Positions 30,344 through 40,040 of a stretch of 41,263 nucleotides of DNA are shown piece by piece; position 1 is the first letter of the stretch; each line of letters opens with the position of its first letter. The translations under genes were made by a program, and so were the position numbers. This stretch comes from Fidelibacterota bacterium (lineage in GTDB: Bacteria > Fidelibacterota > Marinisomatia > Marinisomatales > UBA2128), in assembly GCA_046861645.1 (NCBI GenBank), contig JBHHUM010000014.1, positions 1 to 41,263 on the forward strand. The letters run 5' to 3'. The notes beneath the pieces are model-generated. The model had not been told where the DNA came from and did not search any database. It was given only the letters and a program-made list of their open reading frames with translations.

Positions 30344-31591
30344 CTATTGACTCATTGTTTCAAGGAACTCCTTATTGTTAGATGTTCTTCTAATACGATC
30401 GAGTAGGAACTCCATGGCTTCAATAGGAGTCATTTCATTGAGAATTTTCCGCAGAATCCAGATTCTTGCAAGTTCTTTTTTCTTTAACAGCAATTCTTCT
30501 TTCCGGGTGCCCGAGCGAATCAGATCGAAAGAAGGAAAGATGCGCCGATCACTGAGTCGCCGATCCAGCACCAACTCCATATTACCGGTACCCTTAAATT
30601 CTTCGAAGATCACATCATCCATGCGACTACCTGTGTCGATCAATGCAGTGGCGATAATGGTAAGGCTGCCCCCTTCCTCGATGTTCCTGGCGGCACCGAA
30701 GAATCTTTTTGGTTTGTGTAATGCATTAGCGTCAATACCACCTGAAAGGATTTTCCCACTATGCGGAGCAATGGTGTTGTGCGCCCGAGCCAGACGAGTA
30801 ATACTGTCTAAAAGGATTACAACATCATCACCGTATTCGACCATCCTTTTGGCTTTTTCCAATACCATGTTAGCTACCTGTACGTGACGTTCGGGAGGTT
30901 CGTCGAACGTAGAACTGATGACTTCAGCTTCAACATGCCGTTCCATGTCAGTGACTTCTTCAGGTCTTTCATCGATGAGCAAAACGATTAGTTTGATTTC
31001 GGGGTGGTTAGTTGTCATGGAATTGGCGATTTTCTGAAGCAGGATTGTCTTTCCTGTTTTTGGCTGTGCTACAATTACGCCACGCTGTCCTTTTCCAATA
31101 GGAGCTAAAAGGTCGAGGATACGCATGGAATATCCTTTGGTATCCATCTCCAGATTAATCTTTTCCTCCGGGTAAAGAGGAGTCAGATTGTCGAAGAGAA
31201 TCGTATTTTTACTCTGCTCGGCACTAACACCATTGACTGATTCAACTTTCAGCAAGGCATAGAATCGTTCATTAGACTTGGGTGGGCGGATTTGACCAGA
31301 AATCAAATTGCCAGTACGTAACCTGAAGCGTTTAATCTGAGAAGGAGAGAGATAAATATCATCCGGGCCTGGGAGATAGTTGTAATCAGATGATCGTAGA
31401 AAACCATAACCTTCCGACATCACCTCCAGAATCCCTTTGGTATAGAGTACTCCTTCTTCTTCTGCACTGGCCTCCAATATCTTCAGTATCAAATCTTGTT
31501 TTTTTAATCCGGAATAACCAGAAATAGACATCTCCTGAGCTAACTTGGTCAGTTCACTGATTTTTTGCCCCTGTAATTCATTAATATCCAT
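30344..31591 (-). CDS. rho: Transcription termination factor Rho, compact form without an N-terminal insertion
   Basis: [60 protein letters not shown]. Confidence 0.99.
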   Translation of the reverse strand: MDINELQGQKISELTKLAQEMSISGYSGLKKQDLILKILEASAEEEGVLYTKGILEVMSEGYGFLRSSDYNYLPGPDDIYLSPSQIKRFRLRTGNLISGQIRPPKSNERFYALLKVESVNGVSAEQSKNTILFDNLTPLYPEEKINLEMDTKGYSMRILDLLAPIGKGQRGVIVAQPKTGKTILLQKIANSMTTNHPEIKLIVLLIDERPEEVTDMERHVEAEVISSTFDEPPERHVQVANMVLEKAKRMVEYGDDVVILLDSITRLARAHNTIAPHSGKILSGGIDANALHKPKRFFGAARNIEEGGSLTIIATALIDTGSRMDDVIFEEFKGTGNMELVLDRRLSDRRIFPSFDLIRSGTRKEELLLKKKELARIWILRKILNEMTPIEAMEFLLDRIRRTSNNKEFLETMSQ

Positions 31592-31683
31592 TTGCTATCT
31601 CACTATCTTGGAATGAGCTTGGGTGAAAAAATACTGGTTGAAGAAAACAATCTTTACAGCTGCCGCTATGGGCATGTGTTTAT

Positions 31684-31711
31684 AATTTAGATTATATTAT
31701 TCCATTGTCAA
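31684..31711 (-). promoter_or_regulatory. Putative promoter of rho-cas6 (TTGACA-N16-TAAATT), overlapping the folC 3' end
   Basis: Perfect TTGACA (31711-31706), 16-nt spacer, TAAATT (31689-31684). Confidence 0.55.
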
Positions 31712-32960
31712 AGGGAAAACCAAATTTATTGTAAACGTGCTTGGCAATAAAATGTGTTCCGAATATTAACCAGAGAATATTGCTATCAGGTTTTGCGAAA
31801 CAGCAGTTAAGGGCCCTGCTAACGGATCTTACCGGTGTGGTGTTGATGCCATATTTACCCATTTCTAAAGCAAGATTATTAGCTGTCCAAAAACCCACTT
31901 CATCTGGAGAAGTGGTAATGATGTCCTGACAATGGAGTTTTAAGAGTCTGGCAATATCGCCCAATCCCTTTGATTTTTTTATCGCACAAATGGCATTAAT
32001 ATCGCTTTGAGGGAATAGCTCTCTCAAGGTTTGGAGGGTAGCTTTCAGGCCGTGTGCATTGTGAGCAACATCATAAAATACAGGAGGTCTTTCATTGATT
32101 TTTTGCAGACGCCCCGGCCAGTTTAATTTTGCCAGGGCATTGCTGATTTCTTCTTTAGATATCTCATGATCAAGTGTTTTGATGACGGCAATAGCTGTCT
32201 GGGCATTGGTGATCTGATGCCCACCCATTAGGGGCATGCGCATCTGCTGACCGTCATAAATGAAGGAAGTCCCCTTATCCTTCAACTCGATTTTTTTCAA
32301 ACGCACTGTTGCTGATGATTTGATAAAGGGCGCTTTTTTATGGGAAGCAACGGAAAATATAATGTTTTCTACCTCCGGTAATTGTGTGGCCATAACCACC
32401 GGTGTGTTTCTCTTTATGATACCACACTTCTCATGAGTAATTGAGTCTAAGTCATGTCCCAAGAATTCCATGTGGTCGAAGTGTATAGGAGTCAGCACCG
32501 ATAGAATACTTTTTGAGACGTTAGTAGAGTCAAGACGCCCCCCTAAGCCTACTTCAATAACGGCAATATCAACCTTATTTTGAGCAAAATAAGAAAATGT
32601 CATAGCCGTGGTAGTCTCAAAAAAGGTTGACTCCAGCAGATCAATACTTGGCCGATGACGGGCGAGAAAAGTGGCAATGTCGTCATTTCTGATTGGTCTA
32701 CCATTAATACGAATACGTTCATTGAAATTGACCAGATGAGGTGATGTGTAGAGTCCAACACTTTTCCCTGTCTGTCGCAGGATGGAGGCAATCATGGCGG
32801 ATGTGGACCCTTTACCATTTGTTCCGGCGATATGTATAACCGGGATGTTGTCATGAGGATTACCACACTTTTCGAGGAGTGCCTCGGTTCGGTGCAAACC
32901 TACCTTTATACCTCTGCGGTGGAGATTAAATAGATATTTACTAATAACAGGATCGAGCAC
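31692..32960 (-). CDS. folC: Folylpolyglutamate synthase/dihydrofolate synthase
   Basis: IHIAGTNGKGS, YTSPHL, EVGLGGRLDSTN, WPGRLQ, DVAHN. Confidence 0.96.
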   Translation of the reverse strand: MLDPVISKYLFNLHRRGIKVGLHRTEALLEKCGNPHDNIPVIHIAGTNGKGSTSAMIASILRQTGKSVGLYTSPHLVNFNERIRINGRPIRNDDIATFLARHRPSIDLLESTFFETTTAMTFSYFAQNKVDIAVIEVGLGGRLDSTNVSKSILSVLTPIHFDHMEFLGHDLDSITHEKCGIIKRNTPVVMATQLPEVENIIFSVASHKKAPFIKSSATVRLKKIELKDKGTSFIYDGQQMRMPLMGGHQITNAQTAIAVIKTLDHEISKEEISNALAKLNWPGRLQKINERPPVFYDVAHNAHGLKATLQTLRELFPQSDINAICAIKKSKGLGDIARLLKLHCQDIITTSPDEVGFWTANNLALEMGKYGINTTPVRSVSRALNCCFAKPDSNILWLIFGTHFIAKHVYNKFGFPFDNGII

Positions 32961-32982
32961 GATTGAAGGGTTTAGACGGTTA

Positions 32983-33789
32983 TTACCAGTCCAGATGGAC
33001 GAGCGATACGTCGTTCAGATTGGAACCTAAAAAGCGGCGTCCGAGTTCCTCGAATTTTTGAGGCATGTCAGTAACGTAACAGGTAAGTGTACCTCCACTG
33101 TCCTTGCTGGTCATTTCGTTATTTTTTGTTAACAATTTAACGACGGTTTCAGAAACAGCTTCCGAGGAGTCAATCAACCGGACTCTGGGAGGGAGAATGG
33201 ATTGGATGGTTTCTTTCAACAGTGGATAGTGGGTACAGCCCAATATAACAGTATCCACGGCATTTTGGGAGAAAGGAGCAAGATAAATCTGAGCCACCTT
33301 AAGGGGAATTTCACCCGTTGTCCATCCTTCTTCCACCAGCGGAACAAACAGGGGACAGGCAATGCCGGTAACTTTCAAATGCTTATTAATAGCATGGAGT
33401 TCTGTGGTGTAGGCTTTAGAAGCCACAGTTGAACTCGTGCCGATAATACCCACATGACCGGATTGAGTTGTTGCTGCCGCAGCGGCTGCTCCGGGAGCAA
33501 TGACGCCGATCATTGGAATGGTATAGTCTTTTTGAATCATTGATAGAGCTACAGCAGAAGCCGTATTGCACGCTACCACGATAAGTTTTACTTCTCTTCT
33601 AGATAAGAAATCTGTGATTTGTCGAGAAAAGTGTGTAACAGTTTCGGTGCTTTTGGTTCCGTAGGGAATATGGGCAGTATCACCAAAATAGATGATATTT
33701 TCTCCAGGTAGTTTTTTACTGAGGGCATGTACTACGGTTAATCCACCAAGGCCTGAATCGAATACACCGATAGGGAGTGAACTGGGCAC
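32983..33789 (-). CDS. murI: Glutamate racemase
   Basis: IGVFDSGLGGLTV, PYGTK, VACNTAS, ILGCTHYP. Confidence 0.97.
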   Translation of the reverse strand: MPSSLPIGVFDSGLGGLTVVHALSKKLPGENIIYFGDTAHIPYGTKSTETVTHFSRQITDFLSRREVKLIVVACNTASAVALSMIQKDYTIPMIGVIAPGAAAAAATTQSGHVGIIGTSSTVASKAYTTELHAINKHLKVTGIACPLFVPLVEEGWTTGEIPLKVAQIYLAPFSQNAVDTVILGCTHYPLLKETIQSILPPRVRLIDSSEAVSETVVKLLTKNNEMTSKDSGGTLTCYVTDMPQKFEELGRRFLGSNLNDVSLVHLDW

Positions 33790-33797
33790 AACAGCAC

Positions 33798-35291
33798 CTA
33801 TCCCTCAGCCTGCAGCACGCGTTCGGATTTATCCTTGAACCTGCGGATGCCCTGGTAGATTGCTTCAGCAATGCTTTGTCGATATCCCGGTTTGCGGAGC
33901 TGCTTTTCTTCCTGGGGGTTGGAGAGATACCCAACTTCCACCAGTATGTTGGGCATAGAAGCACCTACCAAAACGTAAAATCCAGCCTGCTTAATACCCC
34001 TGTCTGGTGAAGGGATACTCTGTCGTAATTGTGTCTGTACGAAATTGGCTAGTTCTTCGCTCTCCTTCATAAAAGCATTCTGCATAAGTGAAGCGATAAT
34101 GAAATTATCCTCCGTCAGATAATCGTATCGACTCTCTTCTTCTTCCAGCTTTATTACTGCGTTTTCTCTCTCTGCCACGGCCACGGCTTCTCCAGTTTTA
34201 CCGGGATTCAGAATATAGGTTTCGAAGCCCTTTATGCGGCGACTCTTGTGGGCGTTAGCATGGATGCTTACGAACAGCTTCCCGTTACTTTCATTCGCTG
34301 TCTTGGAGCGCTGCCACAAGGGGACAAAAACGTCTTCGTCGCGAGTATAGATTACTTTTATATTAGTATGTTTCTCTAAAAGTTTGCCAAGACGTTTAGC
34401 TATATCCAAGGTAACAAATTTCTCCTTCAAGCCATATTTTCCTGTAGTCCCACTGTCTTTCCCTCCATGTCCAGCATCAATTATAATACCATCGATGTAC
34501 CAGTAATCCCGGGTTCGCTTTATCTTTTCGGAACTCAAAGCTAAGGGTAAACGCAGGGTGAGGACAATTTCATTGGGAGCGGTGTTCTGGTACAGATCAT
34601 GTGATTCGATATTGGACCGTAGTCGAAAAGCTAGCTGAGTGGTCAGTCCGGTTTGATCCATATGTATTTCCCGGACGATACCAGTTGGTAGCGTACTCTG
34701 GATATTTACAGAATCTCCAATACCACCCACGACTGTAAGATAAAACCAGTTGTTCTGAGCTGACCAGGCAGTCAATTTCCCTTCGTCAAAGTAGCGTGTT
34801 GTCTGTATGCGAATAATTGTACCGTTGGATTTTTCTTCGATTTTAATGCCCGTGATATTATAGGTGAGTATTTCTACCACGATCGAATTTCGTAATTCAT
34901 CGAAAGCAACTCCTGGTGCAGCATGACGATGAAACACTTCGAGAAACATACGCATGGGGAGATAAATATCTTCTTGTCCCTGTAATGGATAAGCCGGTAT
35001 TTGATACACTTTATCGTCTACCAGCACAAAACTGCAATTAACGGAAACTTTGATCCGGTGACCACCAAAATAAATCACAATCTTTCCTCTATCAATGTTT
35101 TCATATATTTTGGCGGTCAAGGCTTGGGCGAAATCTTTAGCGGAAATATAGACCATCCGTCCCAGAATAACGGATTCTACTAGCATCTTTTTCTCCGGGT
35201 CGTTGGGATACGTAACGGTTATCGTATCGGCTTTAATACCGATAGAGGTGAGGATGTAGATGGGTAAGATATACGAAATCAACCGATGCAT
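33798..35291 (-). CDS. N-acetylmuramoyl-L-alanine amidase (Amidase_3) with N-terminal accessory domains
   Basis: Signal peptide; IDAGHGGKD, EK, SIHANA, LVEVGYLSN. Confidence 0.93.
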   Translation of the reverse strand: MHRLISYILPIYILTSIGIKADTITVTYPNDPEKKMLVESVILGRMVYISAKDFAQALTAKIYENIDRGKIVIYFGGHRIKVSVNCSFVLVDDKVYQIPAYPLQGQEDIYLPMRMFLEVFHRHAAPGVAFDELRNSIVVEILTYNITGIKIEEKSNGTIIRIQTTRYFDEGKLTAWSAQNNWFYLTVVGGIGDSVNIQSTLPTGIVREIHMDQTGLTTQLAFRLRSNIESHDLYQNTAPNEIVLTLRLPLALSSEKIKRTRDYWYIDGIIIDAGHGGKDSGTTGKYGLKEKFVTLDIAKRLGKLLEKHTNIKVIYTRDEDVFVPLWQRSKTANESNGKLFVSIHANAHKSRRIKGFETYILNPGKTGEAVAVAERENAVIKLEEEESRYDYLTEDNFIIASLMQNAFMKESEELANFVQTQLRQSIPSPDRGIKQAGFYVLVGASMPNILVEVGYLSNPQEEKQLRKPGYRQSIAEAIYQGIRRFKDKSERVLQAEG

Positions 35292-35317
35292 GTCACCTAA
35301 TTTATTCAGTGTGGCTG

Positions 35318-37249
35318 TCAGAAAGCAATATCCATCTGAAAACCACTATTAACCACAGGTGGAGTCCATTGACCAGTGTATCGGGAAAATCCCCATGTAC
35401 TCCTGATGCGCAAGGAAATAATGGCCCTTGATGGAGTACTTACTTTAAATAGAATGCCAACCGATTGTCCTGTACCTGTTAACATCTGGTTGCGCATTTC
35501 CCCCGGGAGGTTAATATCCCAAACGTACAGTCGTGCTTGATAGTCGTCTACAACATATCCTGTCCAATGTAAAAGCATTTTATATATGTTCCAATCCTGT
35601 TCCAGCTTGCAGGACAGGCCAAAACCGTAATGCGAAATGTTTTCCACCCTAACTGTCGATTGGTCGACCTGTAATTGAATCTTAGTTTTCTTACTGAATA
35701 TTAAAGTGGATTTAAAACGCCAAGATTCCCTCTGGCTCCCTGTTGGAATATGATTACCTTTAAAGACAGTTGTTTCTCCATTGGACTTTTGCTCTTCTTT
35801 CCATCTACATGAGTAGAGATTTCCACCTTTATGGAAATCGGCTGAAGCACTAGCTTCGTATCCATTAACCGGTACAACTCCCTCATTGTTGGGTTTATGT
35901 TGGCGGTAGAGGTCTCCGTATGCTGAAATGGTTATCTGGCCCATACGAATACGTACTGCCTGATAAAGTCCCAATTCATTCAGGTTAGAGCTACTCCACT
36001 CTCGGAAAGGTTGCGAGCGCGGACCCTGAAAATTAGCCGGGAAACTTCGTACTGAGCCAACCCAGCGAGTATTTTTGTTACTTAAAAGAATACCGGCCAG
36101 ATAGGCTAGTGGTGAAGTAGATATACCGGCCAGTTCACCGAATAACAAAGCTGGGCCAACTGTCCAACGACTGAAAATAGATGAGGCTGTGACTATCGGT
36201 TCCAATTCTTGATGAGTGCCCATGCCAGTCCAACGTTGGGCTGTAGTAGCTACTCCGATGATTCCCCGTTCACCTGTTTTTATCTGCCAGGTTCCAGCAA
36301 AGAGCTGTTCCAGTACGTTATGTTTGCGGGTTAGAGAAGATGGACTGTCGTGGATACCAGTAGTGCTTGTACTGGTTATTCCGCTGGAATCATAGACGGC
36401 ATCCTGTGGTGTGGTCGAGAAAGCTATTGAAAAGTTACCTATACCAGTTTCTGTCTGTAAAGCAATTCCCCTCAGCCCCCAATATTCTGTGGCGGAGCGA
36501 TAGGGTCGAAGACCAGAGCCAATGCGGGCAACATTGGTGATACTTCCCACCGATTTAATTGGACGTGCCGATCGGCCTAATAGAAGTCCGTAACCGGCGT
36601 GGATGCGGTAATCCCCTGTGATGAGAGTAAAGTTTGGGAACAGGTTGAGGGCAATGTAACCGGAAAAGAAGTCTGAAAGGCTGGGTTCACCTGGATCACG
36701 CTCCCATAATAGTCCCCCCTTGAGGAGAAGCTGTTGAAAACTAAGTTGTGTCAACACTCTTTGATCCTTGCGGTTAACGATCCAGCGGTTACGTAGCATT
36801 CCGCTTAGTTTATTACGGGGCGTAACGGTGGTAATTAGAGGTAGTAGTTTAGTGGCTAACTCAGAAAATCCTCCTGGGTTCATTAACTCGTTCAGTGACG
36901 AAAGTCTGCTGGTGTGATTACGCCGACTTATTATTAGAGCAATATCCAGCGATGTCAGCAGGGGCAGGGCTTCCAACTCCTGTCTGGTTACCATGTTGAT
37001 ATCAAGGGGATTCTGAACCAGTTCTTCTAGCAAAAAAAGTTCATCATCGGTGAATACAGTACCGTCTTCTTCCACCATTACAGATGCTAGTACGTCATCT
37101 AATGTCTGGGGAAGAATGCAAGTGCTAAGGCAGATGAAACTGTAAAGCAACCATCTGACTGAGTAGATGGGTTGGCTACTTAGGTCCGACAGAACTGTAC
37201 TATTGCTCTTTAAGTGGAGTCTATAGTCAACCTCGGGCGGAATCAGCAT
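35318..37249 (-). CDS. Helix-hairpin-helix domain protein with a predicted outer-membrane beta-barrel (FCB-type)
   Basis: NPLDINMVTRQELEALPLL (ComEA-like HhH), ERDPGE, GDYRIHAGYGLL, amphipathic beta strands, C-terminal Phe; true start probably downstream of 37249. Confidence 0.72.
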   Translation of the reverse strand: MLIPPEVDYRLHLKSNSTVLSDLSSQPIYSVRWLLYSFICLSTCILPQTLDDVLASVMVEEDGTVFTDDELFLLEELVQNPLDINMVTRQELEALPLLTSLDIALIISRRNHTSRLSSLNELMNPGGFSELATKLLPLITTVTPRNKLSGMLRNRWIVNRKDQRVLTQLSFQQLLLKGGLLWERDPGEPSLSDFFSGYIALNLFPNFTLITGDYRIHAGYGLLLGRSARPIKSVGSITNVARIGSGLRPYRSATEYWGLRGIALQTETGIGNFSIAFSTTPQDAVYDSSGITSTSTTGIHDSPSSLTRKHNVLEQLFAGTWQIKTGERGIIGVATTAQRWTGMGTHQELEPIVTASSIFSRWTVGPALLFGELAGISTSPLAYLAGILLSNKNTRWVGSVRSFPANFQGPRSQPFREWSSSNLNELGLYQAVRIRMGQITISAYGDLYRQHKPNNEGVVPVNGYEASASADFHKGGNLYSCRWKEEQKSNGETTVFKGNHIPTGSQRESWRFKSTLIFSKKTKIQLQVDQSTVRVENISHYGFGLSCKLEQDWNIYKMLLHWTGYVVDDYQARLYVWDINLPGEMRNQMLTGTGQSVGILFKVSTPSRAIISLRIRSTWGFSRYTGQWTPPVVNSGFQMDIAF

Positions 37250-37313
37250 AACATCTTACAATATACTAAACGCTCTCATACCATATTTGAAGCAAGAAGC
37301 ATGTTATTGGGGA

Positions 37314-38654
37314 TCAGGTTAATCCTTTAGCTATACGGTCGTTCCATGACTCTTTGCCAGCAGTGCTCGGGACTTCCTCCATGGTAACGCATTCTGGGAC
37401 CGGACAGACAAGCTTGCAAAGATTACAACCAATGCATTCACTGCTATCGACAAAGGGGACATGAACTTCTGATTCATGTTCTTCAATATGCAGAACAGGT
37501 GGCTTTATACTTGTGCGGGAGTTTACACCATGATCAGATTCTCCGTGGTAAGCAGAACATGATCCTTGACGGGTGTGTATGCATTGGTGGCCGCCATCCA
37601 GACAAGCGATGTAGCAAAGCTGGCAACCGATGCAGGTCTTGGAGTTGATCTTGGCGGTGACACCGAAGTTGAGATCGAGATCTCCCCACTCCACAAAAGT
37701 TGGCACAGCTCTTCCGATCAGGTTGTTGACTGACTTCATTTTCATCTCATCTAAGTAGTTGTTTAACCCGTCGATCATATCCTCAACGATGCGGTAGCCA
37801 TAGTGCATGACGGCGGTACACACTTGGACAGATGTGCTACCGAGGGCAAGGAATTCAGCAGCATCGCGCCAGTTGGAAATACCACCAATACCGGAAATAG
37901 GGACAGTTATCCTCTTATCTCGTGCTAAAGCCCCGGCCATATGCAGAGCAATAGGTTTCACAGCGGGACCACAATAGCCACCTTGGGTCCCTTCCATCCC
38001 GACAGTTGGTTGCACGACAAGGTTCTCCAGATCGACACCGATGATAGACTTGATTGTGTTAATAAGTGAAATGGCATCAGCTCCTCCCTCGACAGCGGCT
38101 ATGCCCGGATCCAGGATATTTGTTACGTTAGGTGTCAGTTTAACTATGACTGGAGTAGTTGCGAATTCTTTAGCCCAAGACGTGATTTCTCTTAGAACGT
38201 CAGGCTCTTGGCCCACCGCACTGCCCATGCCTCGCTCACACATTCCGTGTGGGCATCCAAAGTTGAGTTCCAATCCGTCTGCACCAGTATCCTCAGTACG
38301 TCTGATGATATCCTTCCATTCTTCTTTGGATTCCACCATAAGAGAGACCACTACGGCATTAGCAGGGTACAGCTTCTTAACTTCATAGATTTCCTTGAGG
38401 TTAACTTCTAGTGGTCGGTCAGTGATCAGTTCGATATTGTTGAGTCCCATAATCGGTAAGCTGGAATAGTCCACTGCTCCCAAGCGTGAAGAGACGTTAA
38501 CAATGGGTTTACCAATTGTTTTCCAAACAGCTCCACCCCAGCCGCTATCGAACGCACGCATCACCTGTTCGCCACTGTTGGATGGAGGACCAGAAGCCAG
38601 CCAAAATGGATTAAGACTTTTGATTCCGCATAAATTGATGGCTAGATCTGCCAT
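37314..38654 (-). CDS. preA: NAD-dependent dihydropyrimidine dehydrogenase subunit PreA
   Basis: NPFWLASGPP, GLNNIELI, ELNFGCPHGMCERGMG, GGYCGPAVKP, two C-terminal 4Fe-4S motifs. Confidence 0.95.
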   Translation of the reverse strand: MADLAINLCGIKSLNPFWLASGPPSNSGEQVMRAFDSGWGGAVWKTIGKPIVNVSSRLGAVDYSSLPIMGLNNIELITDRPLEVNLKEIYEVKKLYPANAVVVSLMVESKEEWKDIIRRTEDTGADGLELNFGCPHGMCERGMGSAVGQEPDVLREITSWAKEFATTPVIVKLTPNVTNILDPGIAAVEGGADAISLINTIKSIIGVDLENLVVQPTVGMEGTQGGYCGPAVKPIALHMAGALARDKRITVPISGIGGISNWRDAAEFLALGSTSVQVCTAVMHYGYRIVEDMIDGLNNYLDEMKMKSVNNLIGRAVPTFVEWGDLDLNFGVTAKINSKTCIGCQLCYIACLDGGHQCIHTRQGSCSAYHGESDHGVNSRTSIKPPVLHIEEHESEVHVPFVDSSECIGCNLCKLVCPVPECVTMEEVPSTAGKESWNDRIAKGLT

Positions 38655-40027
38655 TATCGACCTCCTGAAGTATCTTTCTTGTATTGAGTTCTAAAATATA
38701 GTTCTGACACCATGCCCCAACCCCTGAGCATGGCGAAAGCTGCTTTCCGCCCGTCTTCCACGGCGTTTATGACTTCTTTACCGCCGTTGATACAGTCGCC
38801 TCCTGCATAGACGTTAGGAAGGGTGGTTTCCCGTGTAACAGGATCAACCACTACTCTTCCGCTTTCGTCCACTGTGATATCTGTGGAAAGATAAGAGGCA
38901 TGTTCCTCTTGACCGATGGCTATCACCACCCAATCACAGGGAAACTCCTGGACTTGATCCGATGTGGTTGATATGGCTCTCAGTGCAGCTACTCTATTAT
39001 CGTCAAGAATGATTTCCACTGGCCGGAGATTCTCTAACAGGCGCACACCGTGTTCCCTGGCACCGGTCATTTCGTGCCGGTACCCGCGCATCTCCTCTTC
39101 TGTCCGACGATAGATAATCCTGGACTCTTCCACACCTAACATGGCCAATTCACGAGCAATGTCAATGGCAGTGTTCCCCCCTCCTATAATTACCACAGAC
39201 CTAATGTCCTTTGGAATCTTGAAACCCGATTCGTTCTTGATTCTCTTTATCAGTTCAGTAGCTCCCCAGACATTCTCTCCCTCTTCTCCGGGAATGCTCA
39301 ACCGCCGGTCACTTCCAAGACCCACCCCAATGAAGATGGCATCGTATTCCTCAAATAGGTCATCTAATGGGATGTCTCGACCGACTGCAACACCGGTTTT
39401 AAGTTCTATGCCGTGCCCCAAAAGCCAGGTAACCTCTTGAAGCCACTCTTCAGTCTGGAGTTTATACGGCGCTACACCAGTAGTATTGAGACCGCCAGGA
39501 AGATCATTTTTCTCGAAGATGACGGGTTTGATTCCTTCTAGACTCAAATAGGATGCACAAGCTAGAGATGCTGGTCCGGCACCGATAAGTGCGACCATTT
39601 TTCCACATCTTTCCTTAGGCACGAACAGTTGTCGGGTACTGCTCTGTTCGTATTCCAAAGCTCTCTGAACAACGTAGCGTTGAAGACGTCCTATTTGAAT
39701 AGGCTTGTGATTCAGATCATTATAGACGCAAGCACCAGAACACAGTTCCTCCACAGGACAGACCCGCCCAGTAGACAGTCCCAGCATGTTCGAAACGAGA
39801 ATGGTTCTGGCGCTGCCCAGTAAATTATCGTCGGTGATCTTCTTAATAAAAGAGGGAATATCGATTCCTGTCGGGCACGCCTTGATGCAGGGGGCGTCAT
39901 AACAGTAGAGACAACGACTGGCCTCGAGCAGTGCTTCTGCGTGAGTATAGAGTGGTTTGGCATCTCTGAATACTCTCTCGAGTCGATTGTCTGGCAGGAC
40001 GCTTTTGAAAGGTATATTGTCTGTCAC
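38654..40027 (-). CDS. preT: Dihydropyrimidine dehydrogenase subunit PreT (GltD-like)
   Basis: RCLYCYDAPCIKACP, RVCPVEELC, IGAGPA, IGGGNTAID; translationally coupled to preA. Confidence 0.9.
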   Translation of the reverse strand: MTDNIPFKSVLPDNRLERVFRDAKPLYTHAEALLEASRCLYCYDAPCIKACPTGIDIPSFIKKITDDNLLGSARTILVSNMLGLSTGRVCPVEELCSGACVYNDLNHKPIQIGRLQRYVVQRALEYEQSSTRQLFVPKERCGKMVALIGAGPASLACASYLSLEGIKPVIFEKNDLPGGLNTTGVAPYKLQTEEWLQEVTWLLGHGIELKTGVAVGRDIPLDDLFEEYDAIFIGVGLGSDRRLSIPGEEGENVWGATELIKRIKNESGFKIPKDIRSVVIIGGGNTAIDIARELAMLGVEESRIIYRRTEEEMRGYRHEMTGAREHGVRLLENLRPVEIILDDNRVAALRAISTTSDQVQEFPCDWVVIAIGQEEHASYLSTDITVDESGRVVVDPVTRETTLPNVYAGGDCINGGKEVINAVEDGRKAAFAMLRGWGMVSELYFRTQYKKDTSGGR

Positions 40028-40040
40028 AGCAATGCACTGC

